A stretch of DNA of 64,000 nucleotides from the human T2T-CHM13v2.0 reference genome, Homo sapiens: NCBI RefSeq assembly GCF_009914755.1, contig NC_060933.1; one strand, given 5' to 3'. This document shows positions 52,968 through 64,000 of this stretch, piece after piece. A program made the translations under genes and the position numbers. The notes under the pieces were generated by a model. It did not search any database, was not told where the DNA came from, and saw only the letters and a list, made by a program, of their open reading frames with translations. The stretch's first letter is position 1. Each line of letters begins with the position of its first letter.

Positions 52968-55753
52968 ATGAGCAAGGTGTGAAATAGACCCATGGTGACT
53001 TTCCTTCCAGCAAATGGCAGTGTTGAGGAATTGCTATTTATACTCAGCACTTTGCTTATTTAGAGCATCCTTGGGCAGCCAGGTTGTGTGGGGCCCTTTG
53101 CAAAAGCTCTAACTTGCTGCATCCTGTGCCTGGTCTGCAGAAATGGCCATTGGTTTGGTGGTACTGTCCCAAGTTACAGACAGTGTCTTACTGGAAAGAG
53201 AGATGTCTCTGAAGTGTTGGCCTGGCAAACTCCAAACTCCAAACTGGATATAAAATGTGGCTGCTGATAGTGTTCTATGAAGATCCTCACCCTATGTGCT
53301 AGATCTTGGAAACAACATTGCTCTGGTCCACTAGGACCCTTTGGCTCTTCTGAGGTAAGGGCCAATTGCCCAGCTTCCTGCAGGACAGGGAGGAGGTGCC
53401 TGGCCAGGAGCACATGCCCTCCACCGTGTTCTTCGGCCTCTGAGTGAGTGTTCATCTCAATAGCTCCATGTGTCTATTGGCTCTGGGAAATAAGCCACAG
53501 CTCTGAGTCGTGGCAGGAGGAGCTGCCTTCAGCTCTCCTTTTGGTGTTTACAATGTTGCTGGGCTGTCAGGGTGATGCCAAGTGAGGCGTGGGTATTTCA
53601 GCAGCCTGCTAAAAGCGTGATAGGCCACGTGAATGGCCCCTTGGTATTGCCTTTCCCCCTAAGTACTGTATCTGTTAATTTTAACATCTTTATAAATTTG
53701 GGGAACATTCACCCCAAAATGGATAAATACAAATTGCACTGAGGGGTAGGGTTATTCCCTGAATGGCTGGGCTCCTTCTGCATGCTCCTTGTCTTCACCT
53801 TTAAAAATAAACAGGGCATCAAACCTGGAACCTTGTAGCCAAGGTTTGTTGTGGACCCAATATAAGCGAGCTTGAACTAAGGGAATGATGATTGCTTTCT
53901 CTGAGCTGCTGCAGGCCACACTCCGATGTGATCCACTTTAATGGGTACAGCTGATGGCCTGACCTCCTGTCTCTGGGGTCCCTGGATCACCACCCTCTGG
54001 AGGGGGTTGGGGCATAGTTAATATGCCAGAATCTCCAAGTGCCCAGGTAAGGCTGCTGGGTCATGTGGCCCGTGGCTGGAACTTCCTGGAGGCTTGCCTC
54101 TATAAGTGTCTCCTGGATTGGCACAGAGGAGTCAAGTTAGAATAGGGCAGAGCCTGACTTGCAGTGGGTGACCCCTCACAGATCTGCTGCCCAGTGCATC
54201 TGGCATGGGGCCTGATTGGACATGCAACCTTTGGGCAGTCTGGACTCCTTGTTCTGTCAGGATGTGACCGCTGGTTTTAAGCGATAGTGTTGGCATTTGC
54301 TTTTAAGGTCTTTACAAGTCCAAGCTTGGGAGCCATGCAGAGCATGCCAGTGTCCAAGGCCCAGCTAGGAGCCTCTGTTCTCCTGAGCTTACTGGGCTGA
54401 CATGCAGGTCTGCATCTGCTTATTAGCAGCTCGTAGAGAGGGAAATCTTTCTGTTTTACAAGGAAATGGGATGTTTGCTGCTAGAAATCTTTCAGGACTG
54501 GCATGCGGAACGCCAGCAGATGTTGAAAGCATTCCGACCATGTTGATCCCACCAAAGTTTGTTTAAAGATTTGTGTAAACTGCCATCACAGAAAGGGCTG
54601 GGTGGAGGTGAGAGGCTCCAGATCCGGCTCCAGCTCTTATCAGAGATCCTAAGAAGTAAAACTTTTGAAGAGTACTCTGGCTTGGAGGACAAATGCAGCA
54701 GCGTCTTGTGGATGGCCTTCCCAGGGACACTTACTGAGGAGGAGACTTCTGGGGCACTCTTGGGATTAATGCCTGTAGAAGAAAGGAGATGGGGAGCTTC
54801 AGGTGAACCTGCAAGGGCACTGGAACCTTCGGTCGGGTGGTCCTGCACAGGTGTCCTGAATCAGGCCAAGAGGACAGGCCTTTATACCCCAAGGTGGGCC
54901 GGTCCCAGGAGCAGGCTGCCTGGGAGGAGTAGGGCAGCGCGCTTCAGCGAGGCTGTCCCTGGAGGGCCAGGAAGTGGTTCCAGCCACTGGGGTGTAAGTC
55001 CTCTATTCCTTAAGGGGGCTCTTGGAGGTGCTTGGATAAGCCTTGGCTGCACCTCAAATCAACCTGTAACCTGGGCTTGCCTGGAACATTCGCATCCCAG
55101 TAATGCAATGTTGCTTTGGGGTGCGGTAAGGGACCAGGCAAGACCTCCTTACCCATGCCTCCTGGGGGTCCACCTGCCACCTCTGCAGCTCTCTGTCTCT
55201 GGCAGAAACGTCCTGGCCCAACTTGGCCATGCCTGGCCATGGGAGTCATGCTCTTCAGAACAGTTTCAGTCCAGGAGAGCTGAGGGTTGTTGCATAAATC
55301 CCCTCGTCTCACCCCTCCATGACATGACACGGTCTACATCCCCACCCCCGAGCTCCTCAAGGCTGGAGCTCCAGTTGCCTACAGTTCCAGGCACTCGATA
55401 GCATGTTCCTAATCAGCTTTCTCCCTTCCTCTGATCTGGGGGTGAAGGTGCCCAGGATAACCATGAGGATGGGGCCACCCCACCTCTCCAGGGTCACACC
55501 TGATTCCCTGGGAGGCCTTGGAGCAGGCTCAGCCCTGGGGGCCCTCCATGGGATGACAGGTGAGGGTGCTTTTGACCGGCTTCCCTTCTGCATGGAGCTG
55601 CATCCACGGGACAGGGCTGAGACACCTTTGGTGGGACACTTTGATGCCTGCTTTCCATCACATCCTCAGTTTCAGAGGCTGGTGTGGATCCAGGCCAGCT
55701 GAGGGGTCTTGGAAGCCAAACGACTCCTTGGCCAGTCAGTGCCAGGTGCTCTC

Positions 55754-56180
55754 TGTTGCTATGAATTCTGCATCCCCTCCGCACAAAGACATGTTGAGAT
55801 CCAGTCCTCATGAAGGTGACCTAATTTGGAAATAGGGTCTTAGCAGATGTAATTAGAGGTCATTAAGGTGGGCTCTGATCTAATGATTGGTATCCTTATA
55901 AGAAAACAAATAGACAGATGTACAGGGAAAACAGCCAAGTGCAGACGGGCCAGAGATGGGAGGGTACATGGACAAGCCAGGGAATGCCAGGGACCGCTGA
56001 CATGGGCAGGAGCTAGGAGGAGGCACAGAAGGGTCCCACGCAGAGTCTCAGAGGGAGTGTGGCCCCGCAGACCCCTGGGTTTCTGACTCCAGGCCTCCAG
56101 GACCATGAGACAATCTGTTTCTGTTGTTTGAGCTGCCCCGTGTGTGATACTTTGTTATGGCAGCCCTAGCATACCACACA
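55754..56180 (+). mobile_element. MLT1B/C LTR
   Basis: gtgacctaatttggaaatagggtctt; caagccagggaatgcc; tactttgttatggcagcccta. Confidence 0.8.
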
Positions 56181-58714
56181 CACCCCATGGTATGACACGT
56201 CCTTGTGCTCTCCTGGGCCACGGTTATACCCGCTGTCACGGCCACCCTATCAGCGCTTCTCTTCCTGTGCTCGGTGGGTCACTGGATGAAGTTAAACCCA
56301 GATGCCGAGTGCTTTCTCTCCACGCGGCCCAGCTACCTGCATCACTTAGCTCATCTTTACAATGACAGGCTGGGGAGTATCATCATCCCCACCTTGCAGA
56401 AGAAGAAATGGAGGCTCAGGGGCAGCTTAGTGACAGATCCTTAGAACTGCCCAGGACTGCGCAGTCTTGTATGCAGTGTGATTTACCCAGTTAACGTTTA
56501 TGCCCTCCTTTTGCTTTCTCTGTGAATACACAAGATTAAAAAAAATTTAAGACAAAATTAAATGCTCTGGTATCCAATCTCTTGGCTCCTACGCTCTGCT
56601 CATCAAGATAAGTAGACACTGCACACACTTCCGAATTCATCTTTTACAACATTTCCAGTAGGAAAAAAATGGATTGAATCATACATAAATTAAAATGTAC
56701 CAGCAACAAAACAAAACAATAAATTTGTTTATATCCGTATCTCTGGGGAAAGTTTCCAAAGACAGAACCTAAAGCTGAGCTCTAATATTAACAATGGGTT
56801 TGTAAACTCAAAGTCAAGGATTACTTTGATCTAATGCTAAAAAGTGGGAGGACAAAGCCCAGGGTGTTCCTGGGCAAACTTGGGAATGATATGCACAGTG
56901 GGTGTGAGCAGTATTCCATAGTGAAGGCCAGGCCATGAAGCCACCTACCAAAATAGCAACACACTTTCCAGTAACCCCAGTTTCTTTAAAAGCAGTGTAA
57001 TACCTAAGTCCCACAATTATGGTTGAGAAACTCTCCTGCCCCACTGTTTTTCCCATTAAAGCTGTGCCTCTGCCGTGTCCATTAGTCATTTGGCATGTTC
57101 TGAATAGAACAGAGTGAGTCAATTTAAACGAGCGCAGGAGGCAAAATCTTTCTTTTCCATAGTCAGCTCAGAAGAGAATTTTTTCCTTTGTTACTGTTTG
57201 TTGTGGAAAGGAGGTGTGTGGGAGGAGTTGCTGTGGTCAGTCTTTAGATAGTACCTAGTTGAAAACAGAACGTTCTTCAGAAGGCAACCCTGCAAGGGCA
57301 ACTTTGTGTGGAGAAGCAGGACCGGAGCCACCCAGAGCCCTTTGCAGGAGCTGGAGGATCGTTGCTGGCCTGGGTTAGCTAGGAAGTGACAGTCCAAATG
57401 GCTTTGAACAAGCCAGCTCAGACACACCAACCCATAGCCTGGGTTGTACCCAGCCATCTAGTCTACCTGCCATTTAGGTAAGATAAAGGCAGGTGGCTTA
57501 AGCCAGACTGAGAGTGTCTCCAGGTGGCCAGGGGTGCTCAGCATTGCTTTCCCCTGGCAGCCAGCCCAGGGTGCCACTTGAACAGCAGCCAGCCCAGCAG
57601 ATCACCCGAGGGTGGAAGGACCTAGTGTTTGTGGGTGGCATCTTTTAAGAAAAACACAGTCAGGAAGGTTCTGGGATTTTGGTCAGTGCCATGCATTTCA
57701 GGGTCCAGGCCATGGCTCAAGGCCCCCCGCAGCACCCTCATTCTGCTAAGCCATTACAGGTGCTAGCCACGTGTGCCCAGAGAAGCTCCAGAAGCCCATC
57801 GTGGCTGGGTTGCTAACGTTGGCCAACCACTGTTCACCTTGGGTGGCTCTGTAGACAGCTCCAGCTGCCCCATGTAAGAACCAGGGCAGTCCTCCAACCA
57901 TGCCAGCTGCCATTCATGTAGAGACGGTAGATATGCACGGCCAGTGCTTCACACAGATTGCTCTCCCCCTAGCAGCTGCAGAGATATGCTTGAAATTCAC
58001 TCAGGCTGCTCAAGGGTGAGCCATGGTTCCTGGATGCATGGCCCAGGGTCCACTCAGATTTTTTTCATTTGACTCACCAAGGTAGAGGAATTCAACATGC
58101 TTCTCCATTCTTGTATAGCCTCCCTTGAGAATCAACCACAAACTAATCTCTGATGACTGTAGATAACAAGTAGTACACATTTGGGACCAAGAATGAAAGA
58201 AATACAAAATATAAGATGCTGATAGATTCCTTTGCACCTGGCCATCCGGTCTTGGCAGTCACGCCTTGCTTGACGGAGCCCTAACACCTTACCGGAGCTC
58301 GAAAACCCACCTAGCAGGGACTGGATCTTCCAGAAATGGTGCCACATCTGCTACCATCTTTGCCACATGTAAGAATCTCCCATTCCACAGACATTTGCCA
58401 AAACCCTCCTGAGCAAAGGGCTGAGGGTCTGTCTTGCCTGCCCCCTGGGAGCCCACCTCTCCAGGGCTCCAGGAAGCCCCCGCTCCCTCAGGAGAGATGC
58501 AGTAGGCCCACCCCAAGCGTAGGTTCCTGGAATCAGGGATCTCTTCACTGAGTTATAGGATGCCTTTGCCTTATGGTCAGGTATCTAGCTGCTACTTTTA
58601 TGCTGATTAGCTTCCTAATAGAAATAAGTCCCTGAGATAGATTTATTTTTTTAATCCCCAATTTGTGACAAATACTCATCATTAAAGAAAACATAGGCCT
58701 TTTCCACAAATTTA

Positions 58715-59028
<314 letters not shown>

Positions 59029-59254
59029 AAAATACACTAAAAATAATTGACCTGAGTTTAAGGAAATTAAAGGAAGTCAGTTCTGCACTTGCAGGTGCTT
59101 GTTCTCTATCACATGTGGGCTCTGTTGTACCTTGCAGCAGCCCTAAGAAGAGGGGAGGTTTCAGAAGATTTTAATGACTATCCCAAATGAGTGATTTTCC
59201 AAGAGCCGGCTGCGGGCTTCCTTCCCTGTCTCTCACTGCTGAGCACCACGTGTT

Positions 59255-59323
59255 CTAGGGGCTGTGTGTCTGGGGGCTATGTGTCTATAGAGCTGTGTGT
59301 CTGGGACTGTGTGTCTGGATGTC
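59255..59323. repeat. Short minisatellite, ~4.5 copies of a 14-16-mer (GGGGCTGTGTGTCT-like)
   Basis: ggggctgtgtgtct gggggctatgtgtct atagagctgtgtgtct gggactgtgtgtct. Confidence 0.75.
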
Positions 59324-60559
59324 TTTTCATTTGGAGCAGGTGTTTGCCTCATCCCCTCCCAGGTTAGCAGAAGCCTCGCAGGACTCTTCTCTGTGGCCAG
59401 GCCCATCATCTGCACCAGAAGTCCATCTCCGCATGCATCCTGTCCCTGGCCTGTCACTGCCTCAAGTCTTTTTCAGTTATCTCAGTAGAGGTGGTTTGAA
59501 CTGGGTTCAAATTGATCTTCCACAAAGCTGGAAGCTTCACCAGGGGCTGGGGGTCAGGACTCAGATCCCAGACAAGTTTAACAACAGATACCTGTGTTTC
59601 AAACCTGTCTTCTGCTGGGCCCACAGCTTCCAGTTTTCCAAGCACCCCACCCCTCCCTATTGTCCACATAGGCTTCATGCCTTTGGGCCCAGCCAGTGAA
59701 GGTGTTAGGACGTGCCATCCTCTAAATCTGAACTAGGTGGGCATCATGAATCCAAGTCAGTCCAGAACCATGGCCCATGGACGGGCAGGTACCAGGGGGG
59801 CTCTGGGGTGTGGGATAAGCAGCCTTGTCCATACAAGCGTGTGCACCAGGTGGGGCTTCCCTTTGTGTCTCTTCCTGTGGGCTGTGCCTCACTGGCCGAG
59901 CTCTGTGTGTGGAAATCCAGCCTCAGGTGACTCACCCACCCCCTCAGAGGGCCTGGAGCTCTGTGATCAAGACCTGCTCCTCTGCTCCGCTTCCCACCTC
60001 CCTGTCTGCCACTCAGCTCCCCAGGACCTCTGGGCAGGGTCCCCCTGAGACCCGGCATCCACTCTGGACACCACTGGGCTTGCTGACTCTTCACAGCCTT
60101 GTTCCAGACTGCATCTCTGCAGGACTTACTTCTGTATGGTGTCCTGGTGATCCAGCACTCCCTGCTCTGCTAAAATGCAGACTCCAGGGGCAGGCTCTTG
60201 TTTTGTCCTGGAAGAATTCTTGCACTGTAGGAGTGAATTCAACACAAGTCACAGCCAGCTTGCTCCATCTTAAAGGCGAGGAGCCCCAGCCCCAAGTCCT
60301 GAGCTCTTGCCAACCTGTTCGAGACCACACATTGACCCTGGAAGAGGAGGAGCAGGTAGGCTGGGATGTGCCCAGGGACTTTCTGAAGCCTCAATCATCC
60401 CAGTTATGACCTCCCCCTGCCCCTCCTTGCAGCATCCCTCTTCATTCCTCGTGGAGAAGTGTGGGCTCCATAGAATGAACTGGCAAGTGTGCACTGTGTG
60501 GATGGCTCTGAGCAGCTGCCACCACCTGGGGTAGCATGGGCAAGGCAGACGACACAGAG

Positions 60560-60760
60560 TCTCCAGCCAGACCCCTATTACCAGCTGCCTGGCCTGGGAC
60601 TAGCTATGTCACGTCTCCCTGCCTCAGTTTCTTCATCTGCACAGCGAGGATAATAACAGTGCTTACCTCTTAGGATTACCATGAGGCTCAAAGAAGGAAA
60701 TGCAGAGAAAGTGCTTAGGACAGTGCTGGCCTTGTAGGAAAGACTCACAAATATTCATTG
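60560..60760 (+). mobile_element. MIR
   Basis: gcctcagtttcttcatctgc..ggataataacagtgcttacctc..aaagtgcttaggacagtgctggc. Confidence 0.75.
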
Positions 60761-62827
60761 TTTCGTTGATGAGAGCAAGAAGTGCGCTTGTTACATATTC
60801 ACCCAATAGTGTGGGGTGGAGGAATGAGGTACAGGTGGATACCCTCTTGGAGGACCTGCTAGCGTCTTACTTCCTCTGTACATGGATGGCAACACAGAGG
60901 CAGAAGTCTCAAGTTAACTTCTTTTTCGTTTCAAAGCATCTCATGACATTTAATACCCCTGCACTCATACTCGCCCGGAAGTGTGAGCTTGGTTCATCAC
61001 TAATGGATATTTTCAGCCCTGCTGAGGAATCTGGGCCTGCTCCTTGCCTCCCTCACCTTCCTCTGCAGCCCATGTGAATTAGCCTGCTTGCCTGCTCAGG
61101 GACTGGTCCCCGCAGTGTGGCTCCTGGGGCCCCAGCTTCACTCCTTCAAGGGCCAGGATGTTGAAGAAGGGGGAAAGGGACCCCTACACTAGCCTGCCTT
61201 GTGTGGCCCAAAGACCCTTGCCAAGATCAGGTGGGGGTCAAAGTGCAGGAAAAGAAGGATGTCGATTTCAGAAGAAACTGTTGTGGGAATGGCAGGATGG
61301 CTCCAGCGTCAGCGTGCCTTCCTGCAGCTACCCCGGGGCCGCACGCCAGCAGCTCTTGGCAGCAGTCACACGGCTCTCGCATCCAACCTCTGCCACAGGG
61401 GAGCAGGCCTCACTTCCCCCAGCTTTGCTTCTCTGCCCTGCAGGGCTCCTTTCCTGTCCCAGGGAGCTCTACTTTCCAAGCAGTTCCATGGCCAACAGCT
61501 GGAGTCTTATTTTAGGGACGAGCTGGCAGCCCAGCATTTGTACTGAATGTTCCGGGTCGGCCTGGCCCGCGCCTGGTGCACCAGTGGGAACCCCATAAGT
61601 CTGGGCTTGGGGGAGTGAATTACTTCTGAGGTTTGCTGACATTCTGTTTGGCTGCCTGAAATGCTTTCTCTTCATTCAAAGAGCAGCTGCTGGTCTCCGC
61701 CCCTCTGTCTTTCCTTTCTCCTCCCGGTGGCTTCCCTGTTCCTGTCCCTGGCTTTCCTGGCTTTTTGGATCCCCATCCTGGCTCTGGGGGGAAGGAGGAT
61801 GGGTCTGGAGCACCTGTGAGACCCGAGCCTGGGCCCACCACAGCAGAGGATGCAGCCTCCCAACCCCAAGAGTCCCAGATTGGAGTCCCTGAGAGAAGCT
61901 GGGGTAGGTGAAGTGGGCTCTCAGTCTGGGTGTTATCTTGGGAGGAGCGTGGGTCTCTGGGACACACTGGTAAGATGTGCTCCACTTGACCCTCATCATA
62001 ACCAAGGGTCTGTTGGTGGGCTTTTGCCTTTGGTGGCCCCAGGGCCCCTGCCTTCTGGCTACTGCCATCCGTGGGGGATGAGTGACGTCAAACTTCCCCT
62101 TCTCCGGGCTGTTGGCTAGAGTGGGGGCAGTGGGAAAAACACATCTATCAGGCAGTCCCACCCCTGCACAAAGGAGCAGAGACTGTGCCTCAGCCCCACA
62201 TCCCTGCCTGGTGGGTACCACATCACAGACAGACACGTTCTTAGCTGGCTGTGTGCAGTCACTGCCACCTTGGGCTCCTGGGAGGCACCAAAGGCCCATT
62301 GTGGGCCCCTGAAATGACGCACCCACCACAGTCAGCTGCCATCATGCAAGGCACCGAATCTGCTGTCCTGGTGGGATGGGATCTCACTTCTGCCTTTCCT
62401 GTTCAGCCTCCCCGGGCTCCATGCGCTCTGTGGAGGCCATGGCAGGATATGTTGTGGGCAGCTGGATTTCCGGCCCTCTCTGGTAGAGTCAGAGGGGTTG
62501 CCTTTGACCAGCAGGAAAGGGATTCGAAGGCGGACGCGAGTGGGCCCTGCCCAACTCAGACTGAGGAGGAAGTTTCTGCAGCGCCGGAAGGAGAAGCAAT
62601 GAATAGCCACTGTCTAGACCCTCCCCTATGACTCCATCCCCAAGGTGCTCCAGACAGGCCTGAGATTCCCCTCTTCCTTCCTAGCCACACCACCCCTGGT
62701 GTGAGCCAGGCAGGCAGCCCAGCCCTCTCCAGCCCCGGCTCCTGGTGGCAGGAGGTGCCTTCCTGGCTGTAGCAGGAAGAGTCTCCAGGTTATATGGCCG
62801 TGTCCCTGTGCCAGGACTCGGGGTAGG

Positions 62828-62842
62828 GGTACACTCTGTTCT
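62828..62842. promoter_or_regulatory. Consensus GRE/ARE/PRE sequence match
   Basis: GGTACA-CTC-TGTTCT, 12/12 match to the classical element; function untested. Confidence 0.5.
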
Positions 62843-64000
62843 GACCCCCCCAGGAAGTGAGTTCCAAAGGAGTCGGGCCTTTGGAGGAGAACTTGGTGGC
62901 TGTGCTTTTGACCTGGCATTGCAGGAGCATAAGCCCTGGTCAACTTGAGCGAAAAAGCCGGACCCACTGTCACCATCTCACAGGCTGTGTCGCATGCTCT
63001 GGCGGTGAGGGCCTGTTTCCCAGCCCTCCCTAGCAGGAGACTGCTCAGGGCAGAGCTCCTGAGATACTATGGGTTCCTTTGGGGTGGAAGAGCCTGTGGC
63101 CAGGTCAGTGAGGAGAACAGAGTGGGAGCATGAGGGTGGGCTGGAGAGGAGCTGTTTGTCCCGCCTCCCGACCCCGAGGAGGGCATAGTCCACAGGCTAT
63201 TTTAGGGAGCAAGAACTGGCCAGTCAGAATGTGCCTGCGCCTCTCCCCAAGACAACAGCACCATCAAAGGGGAACATCTTTGTCTTGGGGGAGCCATGTG
63301 GAATTGTACCTAGAACAGATTGTGAACAGGGGTGCCTGTCAATTTACATTTATCAGGACTCGTTTCTTTTCCCTCCCAGACTTGCCCTGCAAATCTCATG
63401 GTGGGGTGGGGATCAAGGAGAAGAGGGCTTATCTTGACTTTCATGATCTTAGTGTTAATGACAGTTACCCAGGATGGAGGTTTTTAGCCCCTTTCTTGGC
63501 CCTAGACCCAATGACCCCTTCCATGATATTTTTCAAAGTCCAGTGAAGCAGTGGAGAGAGGAGTGAGGGGGAGGAGAAGAGAGAGACGGGACTCTGTTGG
63601 CAGACGCCCTGCTGTCTTCCAAGACCCTATATAGGCTTCTGTGGAGTTCTTGCAGCTGAAAGCTGAGTCCTTTGCCTGGGGCAGGGGTGGTGTGGATTCT
63701 TGGCCATCACACTCCTGGAACCCTGAATCTTACTGTTCCACAGTCACAGACCAGCCAGGCTCAGGACCTCAGAGCTGCTTGTGGGCCCATGGAAAGTCAT
63801 ACTTGCTTCCCGTCGGCGCTGGGCCTGCTGTCATTTTGCAGCTTCTGCCCTGCAAATTTAGAGTTTTAGAGTTTAGTTTTAGAGTTTTAAGTCTCTAAAA
63901 CCCTCACAGTTAATTTTTTCTCTTCCTTTAATGACACCCAAAAGGGCACCCAGCATTATGCCTCGGGTGTTTGACCCGGCTGGATATGGGATGGAGAGCG

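Noticed and set aside
54559-55401. 280-aa ORF
   Set aside because: TTG start, composition typical of non-coding GC-rich DNA, no recognisable family.

Overview
Primate (almost certainly human) genomic DNA containing one complete protein-coding gene, GADD45G. It lies on the + strand in 4 exons (CDS 27046-28003, 159 aa) inside a CpG island, with a TATA/CCAAT/octamer promoter and an AATAAA signal. This matches the human 9q22 locus as I recall it. The first ~11 kb are a nest of retroelements: an old L1M interrupted by a younger primate L1, several Alus, and a tiny tailless 5S rRNA retrocopy, with readable target-site duplications (TSDs) on several insertions. The remaining ~50 kb are non-coding, with scattered Alu, MIR, L2, MaLR LTR and MER elements. 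Almost all entries in the ORF track are spurious. I see no novel multi-gene system. The best leads are regulatory: a perfect GGTACAnnnTGTTCT steroid-receptor element plus two more GRE/ARE cores downstream, a FOX/SOX/ARE motif cluster at 43.4-43.7 kb, a promoter-like region at ~61.7 kb, a symmetric T15/A15 structure in the promoter, and intron architecture that could give truncated GADD45G isoforms. Repeat subfamily names and boundaries are by eye and approximate. Motif calls are sequence matches only, from a non-exhaustive visual scan.
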